This document shows positions 14,060 through 22,581 of a stretch of 37,834 nucleotides of DNA, one piece after another. The notes beneath the pieces are model-generated. The model saw only the letters and a list, made by a program, of their open reading frames with translations. It had not been told where the DNA came from and did no database searches. Positions within the stretch are counted from its first letter, which is position 1; each line of letters begins with the position of its first letter. Source of the DNA: a virus; the IMG/VR virus record IMGVR_UViG_3300040801_005339; one strand, 5' to 3'. The position numbers and the translations under genes were made by a program.

Positions 14060-16168
14060 TTAATCGTCCTCGTCCGTATCAACAGTAAAGTCAAAGTCCA
14101 TGTTATGCATCACATCAACTTCATTAAAGTCGACCCTAAGCTTAGCTGTATTTTGCTTTAAGATAACAGTAATTAAAGTGAAAATCTCGGGATCCATGTT
14201 TAAATCAAGCTGGTAAGACTTGCACACTCTTTTAGAGATCGAAGAATTATAAACAAGCAGCTCACCGCCCACTTCTATAGTTTTAGAATTAGAGAGCCCA
14301 TGGTTATTGTTTATTACATTGCGAACAGAGCTAGCATAAACAGAATTATTGAAATTTCTAAAAAGCACGTTACCATACCTGGTTATACTGTCCATGGCTC
14401 CATTAAATACAGTCCAACTCTCTCTATAATTTAAAGAATTAATAAATCTTCTCAAACCTATTACTTGGCGCTCACTTGGTGCATGTATGCGCTTGAAATA
14501 AAATAGGTCTTTAAACTTATAAAAACTTGTTAGATTATATGTATTTGAATCGAAGTGAACCGATTTGCTACCATTGGTTAAATCATAAATTCCAACACTA
14601 GTACCACCAACAATTAGAAGTAGCTCCTCGTGCTTATATAGCTCTTTACCAGTGACTTTTGTATTGAATTCAGTGTTAATATTCATTTGAGAAACAAAAT
14701 TTAACTGTTTATCGTATTTATATAAGACATTATCAGTGACACCCCAAATGCCATCAGGTACTTCAACAACCGCATTGGTTTGAGCAAATAGCGTTTGGCG
14801 ATAACTAACATCATTAGTTAAAACCCTAAACGCATTTCCGTCATCTGTGACGAAGTGCAGTTCATTGTCAAGTATAAAGCTGCACTTAAAGTTGTCGCCG
14901 TAGATACTATTAAAGGTACCTACAGTGTTAAAAGTGCCATTTATTTTATTTCGCTTGAACACAGACCTTCCAGAGGAGCCGTAGAGCTCGCCTTTAAAAT
15001 CAATCAGATTATCATAAGGAATACCTGGAAAGCTTTGACCAGAATAAGCATAATCGTAAACATCTAAAAATATTTTATTGCCGTTTTTACGAAGACTAAA
15101 ATAATCATTTGACATTATGTCCGCTACTGAAGAATTAAATTTAGCAAGCATACTTAAATGAATCTCGTTATTTAAATTTTGAAACTCGGCAAAATAAGTC
15201 TGATTCAAACCGTTTGTAGCAGCAAGTCTTTTTTGATTCAAGGTTATAACTCCCCAAGTGGGATAAGAAGTATCACCGTAATCAACTTTATTAAAGTCTG
15301 GTTCATCTGGTCTTGCTAAGTTAGTTAAGCCATCACTACTAAAGGCAAACTGATTACTAAAATCAAACCAGCCAATCAAATTATTTAAATTAGCAGCACT
15401 AAATTTTGGTGTTATTTCAGCTTCTGTTACACCTGCAGAAGACACTGAATTAATAGTTACCTGAGCGTATCTAATAAGCTTATCTCTAAGCTCGGAAGTT
15501 ATATTAATAACTCCTACAGGTGAGTAGATCAATGAAGCTTTAACAGTTAACTCAGATTGGGCTTTAAGCTTTATCATCGGGTCGGGGAGCTCTATATCAA
15601 ATACGAAACTAACATTCAGGTGATCTGGAATATACTTCCTTAGAACGCAAGCTAAAACTTTATCAGATGAGGTTCCTAGTCTATCGCCAAACCTCACCAC
15701 CCCAAATCTTGGTCTGCTTGTTCTGTTTTTTGGTGCCCTAATTAATAAATGTCCATTCCCGCCAGTTTGTAGGGGCATACCAAATTGATAAACCCCAAAT
15801 TGAGAAGCAGTTGGCTTAGCAAGCTTTATAAAATACCCTAGATCACGAGCTATATCTTTAAGATCTTTAACCGTAATTCCATCTCTATAAAGCCATTTGC
15901 GAAATATTTCTTTGCGCTGCTGAGTTTGATCTAGCAGATGAATACAATCATCCTTACCTAAACTAAGTTTTTTCCACTCATTTATAAAAGTGGTAGTAAG
16001 AGGGTGTAGATCTAAAAAAGGTTTTGCGTGATCTTCAATTTCCGCAAACGGCTTAACTACAGCTTTTAAGAATTTTTCTAAATTTGTGCCTGGAGCTTTA
16101 TTCCAAATTTGCCCCTTGGGTAAAAGTGACTTAGCTAGATCTAAATACTTTTCAATGCTCACGACCAA
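14060..16168 (-). CDS. Baseplate wedge protein, P2 gpI / Mu gp48-like N-terminal domain fused to an approximately 450-aa C-terminal extension
   Basis: N-terminus YLDLAKSLLPKGQIWNK...FINEWKKLSLG fits the DUF2313/gpI pattern. Position after the baseplate J gene. The C-terminal part has repeated beta-strand-like blocks. Confidence 0.65.
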   Translation of the reverse strand: MVVSIEKYLDLAKSLLPKGQIWNKAPGTNLEKFLKAVVKPFAEIEDHAKPFLDLHPLTTTFINEWKKLSLGKDDCIHLLDQTQQRKEIFRKWLYRDGITVKDLKDIARDLGYFIKLAKPTASQFGVYQFGMPLQTGGNGHLLIRAPKNRTSRPRFGVVRFGDRLGTSSDKVLACVLRKYIPDHLNVSFVFDIELPDPMIKLKAQSELTVKASLIYSPVGVINITSELRDKLIRYAQVTINSVSSAGVTEAEITPKFSAANLNNLIGWFDFSNQFAFSSDGLTNLARPDEPDFNKVDYGDTSYPTWGVITLNQKRLAATNGLNQTYFAEFQNLNNEIHLSMLAKFNSSVADIMSNDYFSLRKNGNKIFLDVYDYAYSGQSFPGIPYDNLIDFKGELYGSSGRSVFKRNKINGTFNTVGTFNSIYGDNFKCSFILDNELHFVTDDGNAFRVLTNDVSYRQTLFAQTNAVVEVPDGIWGVTDNVLYKYDKQLNFVSQMNINTEFNTKVTGKELYKHEELLLIVGGTSVGIYDLTNGSKSVHFDSNTYNLTSFYKFKDLFYFKRIHAPSERQVIGLRRFINSLNYRESWTVFNGAMDSITRYGNVLFRNFNNSVYASSVRNVINNNHGLSNSKTIEVGGELLVYNSSISKRVCKSYQLDLNMDPEIFTLITVILKQNTAKLRVDFNEVDVMHNMDFDFTVDTDEDD

Positions 16169-17214
16169 GTAACTCCATTGAATGTGTGAATCTGATTTCT
16201 AAGAGAAGTAATATTTACCGTCGGCTGCAAAAGCTCGTGATTAAACTCGCCAGCTGCATTTGAAATAGTTTCTCTAATTTTAGAAATATATAAAGTCGCT
16301 CCAGGCTTAGCATCGCGAGACATAAAATCTTTCAAGGCTTGCTCAACACTAAATCTAGTTACGGGATCATTCGGCTCTAAAGAGATTTCAAAACTAACAG
16401 GAATAATTGTAGGCTGAGCTAGAACAATTTTCACGCCGAGTGGTTCCCACTCCTCCTCATGCAGATGTTGATCAAGTCCATCAAACTGAGTATCAGCGAG
16501 TAAAGGATTTTGAACATCGTAGCCAAGTGGATAGATAGTAACCGATCCTGGAGTTGGTTTATTATTGTCCGTATAAACTGTTTTAACACCTGGAATTTGA
16601 GTCGCCCTGTGATTATAATAAGCTCGCTTCCCAAAAATTGGCGGGTTTTTAAAATTGTAATCCACTCTTTGCTGAAGCTGGCTATCATCTTCTTGATCTA
16701 CGCCACCAGTAATAGCTTTAGTAACTGTAATTTCGCTATCAAGCCCCTCTATGGCTTCAAAAATAGAAATTTGGCTGCCAAGCTCTAAATTATACTTTGA
16801 GCCAGGAAAAACGCTCTCAACATCAACCAACGCCTCGCCTGAAGATATAATCACTTCTTCTTTAGTTATATATTGGTTGCCAGTAATTTGAGACCTCGTT
16901 ATTGTGCCAGCTGGAATAGTTACACCATCTTCGCCCGTGAATTTAATTTCACCTATTGCTATAGTAGCTGGTCTTCTAGATGTTCTAACCAGAGTCGCCC
17001 AAGCCTCAAGGCGCTCCCCTGTAGACGTATTAGGAAAAGTCTGTCTATAAATAAACTCTAAAAAACCATGTGAGATATTCTGTAGCCCTGCAAGCACTTT
17101 AGAGGTCACAAAAATAAATCCCTTTTCAAGGATCTGCTTTAATCGCATCTCTTGAACAAAATTTGTTTTAACGCTTTCGTATAACTCCGATAAACTTGGT
17201 CTTTTTAAATTCAT
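16159..17214 (-). CDS. Baseplate J-like protein (Mu gp47 / P2 gpJ)
   Basis: 351 aa. Synteny between the gp46-like and gpI-like genes. Overlapping starts and stops. Confidence 0.75.
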   Translation of the reverse strand: MNLKRPSLSELYESVKTNFVQEMRLKQILEKGFIFVTSKVLAGLQNISHGFLEFIYRQTFPNTSTGERLEAWATLVRTSRRPATIAIGEIKFTGEDGVTIPAGTITRSQITGNQYITKEEVIISSGEALVDVESVFPGSKYNLELGSQISIFEAIEGLDSEITVTKAITGGVDQEDDSQLQQRVDYNFKNPPIFGKRAYYNHRATQIPGVKTVYTDNNKPTPGSVTIYPLGYDVQNPLLADTQFDGLDQHLHEEEWEPLGVKIVLAQPTIIPVSFEISLEPNDPVTRFSVEQALKDFMSRDAKPGATLYISKIRETISNAAGEFNHELLQPTVNITSLRNQIHTFNGVTWS

Positions 17215-17693
17215 GATCTAACTCCAGTTGTAAAAAGCAATTCCAGGCTTATATTTTCAGTATCAAAAATATAAACTTCTTTAGCGAGCTCGCGCCATAA
17301 ATCATCTCTAGCTGTCGCATTACCGCGAACTATTTCAACTTTTAGGGCAATAGATCTTTCAGATTCTTTAGCCGCTGATACATTCACGTTCTCTGCAATA
17401 TTCCTAGTTAAAAGCCACTCAAGAGCTTTTCTATTGATTGTTTCGGCTCTTTGAATAGTTTGATCTGATACTTTTTCTCTGAACAGAAGCCAATTTTCTG
17501 AACCTAGTCTGCCATTAACCTCACCCCAAAAACCACCCTTATTTAAATCTAAATTGGAAGCATTTTCATTACGAGAATCAGAGAGCAAACTTACTAAAAC
17601 AGCGCTTAAAAGCTCAGAGCCAAGCTCAATATCATCATCTGCGATATTAATATCAAATTCATATCCATTGACTAGAGCTAAATTTACATCCAT
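17211..17693 (-). CDS. Mu gp46-family baseplate protein (P2 gpW position)
   Basis: GGFWGEVNGRLGSENWLLFREKVSDQTIQRAETINRKALEWLL matches the GP46 family pattern. Confidence 0.7.
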   Translation of the reverse strand: MDVNLALVNGYEFDINIADDDIELGSELLSAVLVSLLSDSRNENASNLDLNKGGFWGEVNGRLGSENWLLFREKVSDQTIQRAETINRKALEWLLTRNIAENVNVSAAKESERSIALKVEIVRGNATARDDLWRELAKEVYIFDTENISLELLFTTGVRS

Positions 17694-17702
17694 AGAAACT
17701 TA

Positions 17703-18212
17703 TTACACTGGCTGATCTGGCGGCGCGCCGTTTTCTGGGTGCGAGTGCGTATTATAAGTATCACGCAAGTTTTTGAGCGTTGAACTTTGGGAACTAGAAT
17801 TATCTTTGATATTACCAGTCACATCGAGCTTACCATCAATTTCGACATTGCCACTTATCTTAAGCTTACTGCCAGCTGATATTACTATCTCACCATCTTT
17901 TTTTAGGCGTATGTAAGTATCACTAGCAGCTGCATAAATAGCAGTTTCGCCAGCTTCGAGCTCAATGCTTTTTCTCGCCTGCTCTAGATCTGAAGCTATC
18001 GCAAGTGACTCACTGTGATCACCATCGATTGACAAATAAACAACTTCACTACCGCGTGGTAAAAAAGATACGAAGCCAAACTGCTGGTATATTCTTATAT
18101 CTTCTTTTAACTCACCCTCACTACCTTTCAGTTGCAAAAACCCAAGTTTAGTTCTAGATACCTTGCCGAGGTTAACCAAGTTATAAATTTTTCTAAATAT
18201 TTCTGGTATCAT
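17703..18212 (-). CDS. Baseplate assembly protein V / central spike (Mu gp45, P2 gpV)
   Basis: 169 aa. C-terminal YNTHSHPENGAPPDQPV motif typical of gpV-like proteins. Confidence 0.75.
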   Translation of the reverse strand: MIPEIFRKIYNLVNLGKVSRTKLGFLQLKGSEGELKEDIRIYQQFGFVSFLPRGSEVVYLSIDGDHSESLAIASDLEQARKSIELEAGETAIYAAASDTYIRLKKDGEIVISAGSKLKISGNVEIDGKLDVTGNIKDNSSSQSSTLKNLRDTYNTHSHPENGAPPDQPV

Positions 18213-19177
18213 ATCTCTATTCCGCCGCTGGTTATTTCCGGGATTAATTTATAGACATCTGGTAGCACAAAACCTAGGTTCAGGCTATTGGATGCAAAAT
18301 CGTAAGTAAAATCATTTACAAGCATCTCTGAGCGCACACCACGCTGAGGTATATCTAAGTAAACAGTGTCGTTCAGTTGAAAAACATCTTTAAAGCCATT
18401 AATAGTTATTGAAGCAGAAAAAGACTGGCTAGCTCTTAAAGCAGCTTGAAAGCGGGCTGTATTTTGAGCATCTTCAGCTGAAATATTCGTTTTATTTATT
18501 ACTAGTACGCTGCCGTCATTTGGTACCGAATCGAGAGCCTCGCCGAAAACCTGCGTGTGAGTCTTAGAGTTTTTGCCTTTTACGATGTATTTAGAGTACC
18601 TCTCACTTAGATTAATATCTAAGTTGTAGCGATAGAAGTCTTGACCATACACTAGCTTTCGCTTGACTGAGTTGGTACCAAGATCTTCTATTAAAATCAC
18701 TCCGTCTGGATTAGTTGTCATAAGCAATCCAAGCTTTTCAGCGTATGTTCTAAGAATAGTGAAAACAGACTGGTTATTCAAAGATATTTTCTTGTAAGTC
18801 TTATCTCGACTAGTATTAAAGATCACTTTATCCTTGACTAGCTTAGTAACTAAAGATTTAAAGCTTGTGTTCAGCAACTCTTGATTTTTAGTTACAGCTG
18901 ATGACTTTACAATATTTCTAGTTAAATCTCTACCTCCAACTTGCAGGCTGTAGCTATCAGAATCTTCAGATGGCCTAATAACCTCAACCACACCAGTCAT
19001 CATCAAAGTGTCTTTTACATAAACTTGAACTTTTTTACCATAAGATATCAAGTTTTCGTACTTGGGTGATTCAATCAAGAAATCAAACTGACCACAAAGC
19101 GAATATAGAGATCTAGTTAAAGTTAAATTTGTAAACTCTGTAACTTGCCTATTATCAATAGCCAGCTGCATATTCAT
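18209..19177 (-). CDS. Baseplate hub protein, Mu gpP (gp44) / P2 gpD-like
   Basis: 322 aa. Synteny between the gpN-like and gpV-like genes. Confidence 0.6.
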   Translation of the reverse strand: MNMQLAIDNRQVTEFTNLTLTRSLYSLCGQFDFLIESPKYENLISYGKKVQVYVKDTLMMTGVVEVIRPSEDSDSYSLQVGGRDLTRNIVKSSAVTKNQELLNTSFKSLVTKLVKDKVIFNTSRDKTYKKISLNNQSVFTILRTYAEKLGLLMTTNPDGVILIEDLGTNSVKRKLVYGQDFYRYNLDINLSERYSKYIVKGKNSKTHTQVFGEALDSVPNDGSVLVINKTNISAEDAQNTARFQAALRASQSFSASITINGFKDVFQLNDTVYLDIPQRGVRSEMLVNDFTYDFASNSLNLGFVLPDVYKLIPEITSGGIEI

Positions 19178-20313
19178 ACAATTACGTTCACCGAGTCTTT
19201 AATAAAGCCAGGATTATCTAAAAAATTCTGGTCTAAAAAATCTTGCTTTGCAGGGTCATCATAAAGCTGATACGCTAAATTAATGCTGTCTATGGGGTTT
19301 TCTAAATTTAGAGAAATTAAATTAGCTAAATCTTGAGCTGAAGCAAAATTTATGATATCTGATCTTAGATTAATAGCATCATACACTAACTCTGAGCTTA
19401 AATTTTCAACAAATCCATTCAAGTTTTCAACTAACCTATCTTTATTTTCATCCAGTTGCTGCCTAGTTTTAAAATCAGTCTTTGCAAAAGCCACTGCTTG
19501 ATTTTCTAAAGCAATAGATTTTATGTAATCAGTTAAAACCCTTTGATTAACATTCGCTATGCGATTTACTTCAGTAACTTCACTGAAATTTTGAAATGGT
19601 AAATTTGAAGATATAGCAGAGAAAAAATCCATACTTTGAATAGGATTTAGTGCAATCCCCGTACTGTTGAGTAGGTCAGATAAAGTTTCAACAATAGAGA
19701 CTGAGCGCTCATTTGAATTCTTAAGTCTGATTGAATTAGATCTAAGCTCAAAATCTTGCTCGCTAGATAAACCAAAATTAGCGCTAGATATCCTCGTTAG
19801 TATATTCGAGCCAAATGATCTAAGTATATTAGCCGCGCTAGCTCTAACGTAATCTGGCACCCTATCTGCAGTAAAGCGGCGAGTGAAGTTAGTTCTAGTA
19901 TTTTGCGTAACTCTTCTAGCGCTAGATCCTAAATCAATAGATCTGGATTGGTTGTTAGTCTCTTGAAAAACTTCAATAAAGCTTACTGAAAAATTAACTT
20001 TATTTACTTCATTGCGCCCCTGCTTAATGCTCCTAACGTAAGGTAAACACCTGATAATTTCCCCATTTCTGGGATTGGTTAAGTCTCCTGGCGTACCGCT
20101 AAATATTCTTCTGATATCTCGAACCGTCTTTGGGATATTATCAGTTAGTACAAAAGCAGAGATTGATATTCTAGAAGCTTTTTTCCCAAAACTATTAATA
20201 TCGTACTTACTTGAGTAAGGATAATTAATCTCACTAATTCTATCTTCAACGTTATCCTCATAGCTCTCTAGGATAAATTCAAAATTTTTAAAGCTTGATC
20301 TTCGAGTCGTGAT
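19174..20313 (-). CDS. DNA circulation protein-like tail protein (Mu gpN/gp43 family), non-canonical start
   Basis: The frame is open from 20343 to 19174, but the first ATG/GTG/TTG is GTG 19860. The upstream 150 codons contain SSFKNFEF...NYPYSSKYDINSFGKK...GTPGDLTNPRNGEI, resembling the gpN N-terminal domain. GGGAGGG lies 7 nt before in-frame ATC 20313. Confidence 0.55.
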   Translation of the reverse strand: MTTRRSSFKNFEFILESYEDNVEDRISEINYPYSSKYDINSFGKKASRISISAFVLTDNIPKTVRDIRRIFSGTPGDLTNPRNGEIIRCLPYVRSIKQGRNEVNKVNFSVSFIEVFQETNNQSRSIDLGSSARRVTQNTRTNFTRRFTADRVPDYVRASAANILRSFGSNILTRISSANFGLSSEQDFELRSNSIRLKNSNERSVSIVETLSDLLNSTGIALNPIQSMDFFSAISSNLPFQNFSEVTEVNRIANVNQRVLTDYIKSIALENQAVAFAKTDFKTRQQLDENKDRLVENLNGFVENLSSELVYDAINLRSDIINFASAQDLANLISLNLENPIDSINLAYQLYDDPAKQDFLDQNFLDNPGFIKDSVNVIV

Positions 20314-20314
20314 C

Positions 20315-21820
20315 TTACATCCCTCCCAAAGCGTAGCCCAAATCTAGATTCATATTTGAATTATTTGATTTCGTTGTAACAGAAGCGTTGCTTGGCATAT
20401 TAGAGAAACTAACATCGATGCTTGATTTAGAGTTCTGAGATAAACCCTTCAGGATTGACGATAGATCTGAATCTAGACTAGTAGTTTGATTAATCGAATT
20501 GCTCAAAGTCATACTAGCTTGTTTATCTGAATCAAACATATTGCCTATAGTGTTATCATAAGTAGCTTTTATGCGCCTAAAAAGCTCAATTATAGGCTCA
20601 AGTTTACTTCTAAAAAAACTGGCTATGTTGTCCCAGTTTCGATAAACCAAGATCGCACCAGCTGCCACGGCTGCTATTCCTGCACTCCATAGACCTATTG
20701 GAGTTATAGCGAAGGTCGCTGACAAATTCGTCAATGATGTTATTAGTGCTGATACAGCTGGAATTATAGTTGCACCGATCGTTGCGCCTACAGTCGCCAA
20801 AGCAGCATTGGTTGAACTGCCAAAAGTTGCGTCAAGTATTCCATCTAGCTTAGTAAATGTCTGAATCACTGGCTGCGCTGCGCCAGATATGCTGCCCATG
20901 ACACTAACACCTGTGTTGATGAAACTAATCAATTGATCAGCAGTTGGTAATAAGTTAATCATCTTATTTGAAATATTTTGTATAGCTCCACTCTTATCTA
21001 GCTCGACCACTCTTGAAGTAAATATCTCAACATAGCTTCCGAGTTGTGGTAAAAAGTTAGCGCCAATTCGATTTTTGATGCCGCCAAAAGCAACTGAAAG
21101 GTCTTCCAGGCTATCTAAGTAAGCTTCAGAATTCCTAGCTTGCTTATCTGATATGCCACCACCAAGCTCTTGAAATTTTGACCTGAGCTCATCCAAGCCT
21201 ACTATACCCCCAGATAATAGATTGGTCATCTTGATACCCGATCTGCCGAATGCAGCATTACCTAGCGCGGCTCTTGTTGCAGAATCACTTATGTTAGAGT
21301 AAGCAGTAAATATAGTATTTAAAGCATCTTCAGTTGAGCTAGCGGCTTTAAGTTGACCAGATAGAGCTGGGCTAAATTTTTTAAGAAATGTATTTAAAGC
21401 ACCAGTATCGTTTTTTAGATCACCGAGGTTTTTATTAAATTTCTCAAGTGATTTTGAACCTTCTTCAGCTGAAAAGCCTGATCTACCAAAAGCAAATTGC
21501 ATCTCTTGGAGTGACTTAACGCTTAGTCCTGTTCTATCAGCGAGCTTAGCTATATTATCGCCATAATCAGCAGCACTTTTAGAAAGTAAAAATAAAGAGC
21601 CTGCACTAGCTGCAGCTCCAATTGCAAGTTTTTTACCGATGTCAGATGTTACTTTGCCAAGTTTTTTGACAGACTTGGTAACATCGTTAAATCTATTTTT
21701 AATAGCATTTAAACCAGTATTTTCAGCTACTTTGTTAATTTTATTGTTTATGTGAGTAATTACGGCTGAAACATTATCATGCGCACTCAACTCAAGATTA
21801 AATTCAAACTTCTTAGTCAT
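20315..21820 (-). CDS. Tail tape measure protein
   Basis: 501 aa, Ala/Gly/Ser-rich with hydrophobic central segments. Position after the frameshifted chaperone. Confidence 0.8.
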   Translation of the reverse strand: MTKKFEFNLELSAHDNVSAVITHINNKINKVAENTGLNAIKNRFNDVTKSVKKLGKVTSDIGKKLAIGAAASAGSLFLLSKSAADYGDNIAKLADRTGLSVKSLQEMQFAFGRSGFSAEEGSKSLEKFNKNLGDLKNDTGALNTFLKKFSPALSGQLKAASSTEDALNTIFTAYSNISDSATRAALGNAAFGRSGIKMTNLLSGGIVGLDELRSKFQELGGGISDKQARNSEAYLDSLEDLSVAFGGIKNRIGANFLPQLGSYVEIFTSRVVELDKSGAIQNISNKMINLLPTADQLISFINTGVSVMGSISGAAQPVIQTFTKLDGILDATFGSSTNAALATVGATIGATIIPAVSALITSLTNLSATFAITPIGLWSAGIAAVAAGAILVYRNWDNIASFFRSKLEPIIELFRRIKATYDNTIGNMFDSDKQASMTLSNSINQTTSLDSDLSSILKGLSQNSKSSIDVSFSNMPSNASVTTKSNNSNMNLDLGYALGGM

Positions 21821-22214
21821 TCATTATCGTACCTTTTTCTTTCTTGGACTACTTTTAAATAAAAATCTATGTCATCTTGATTAAATTTATCAACCTCAGA
21901 AGGCGCTAAATATAGTGGCTTACCGCAAAAAATTGCATACAATTTTATGAGCTCTGATCTTCTGGTGAGAACAAAAAATCAGCAGCCACCGAAGCGATCA
22001 TCATCATGTCGCCGTAAGTTATTTGATTTGTAACTGCAAGCGATAAACCTGACATCTCTGCTATGACTATACTCCAATGTTGTATAGTCCAACTCTTAAG
22101 ATCAAAAGGCAAATTACTGATAGCCTTGACAGCTGGCTTATTTACCAGATCTATTTTTTCAATAGTCTCATTTTTTAAAACTATCGGTGACATTAATTTA
22201 TGTGAATGTAACAT
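21817..22214 (-). CDS. Tail assembly chaperone, -1 frameshift product (about 132 aa)
   Basis: After a slip at 21978..21972, the -1 frame is open for 51 codons (VLTRRSELIKLYAIFCGKPLYLAPSEVDKFNQDDIDFYLKVVQERKRYDNE). It stops at TGA 21819..21817, overlapping the tape measure ATG. Confidence 0.65.
21945..22214 (-). CDS. Tail assembly chaperone, 0-frame product (P2 gpE / Mu gp41 analogue)
   Basis: 89 aa between the tube and tape measure genes. Contains the slippery heptamer T TTT TTG. Confidence 0.7.
   Translation of the reverse strand: MLHSHKLMSPIVLKNETIEKIDLVNKPAVKAISNLPFDLKSWTIQHWSIVIAEMSGLSLAVTNQITYGDMMMIASVAADFLFSPEDQSS
21972..21978 (-). other. Programmed -1 ribosomal frameshift slippery site T_TTT_TTG
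   Basis: In 0-frame phasing gaT TTT TTG (Asp-Phe-Leu), 8 codons before the 0-frame stop. Same heptamer as P2 E/E+E'. Confidence 0.65.
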
Positions 22215-22561
22215 TATCTAATCTCCTCCGCATTACCTTCGAACCTGACATTTACTTCACCCTGCTCTGTCGAGCCTTCGCCAGTTCCAATAAAAAAAGC
22301 GTCGCGAAGTGTGATGATTTTACCGTTATCTAAGCCCAGAGTAACTGTTCCAGTGTATTCATGCAGCTCTTTGATCGACAAATCCACCGTATCAGTTATT
22401 ACACCCTCTATGTAGCCTATTGATTTATTTCGTGTAAATCCCGCCACTCCATCGTGATCGACTACAGCTTGCCTTTCATCAAGTCCAAGACCATAACTAA
22501 AGCTACCCTTTGCTCTAAGCTTTACGCTAGTAGCTAATTCTATAATTCCGCCAACACTCAT
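22214..22561 (-). CDS. Tail tube protein (Mu gpM-like)
   Basis: 115 aa immediately after the sheath gene. Confidence 0.7.
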   Translation of the reverse strand: MSVGGIIELATSVKLRAKGSFSYGLGLDERQAVVDHDGVAGFTRNKSIGYIEGVITDTVDLSIKELHEYTGTVTLGLDNGKIITLRDAFFIGTGEGSTEQGEVNVRFEGNAEEIR

Positions 22562-22581
22562 AAATATAATCCTTTTATTAT

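Noticed and set aside
21926-21932. Second TTTTTTG heptamer 40 nt downstream of the first
   Set aside because: It lies after the 0-frame stop (21947..21945) and inside the already shifted -1 extension, read as ATT TTT TGC. It cannot serve as the chaperone frameshift site.
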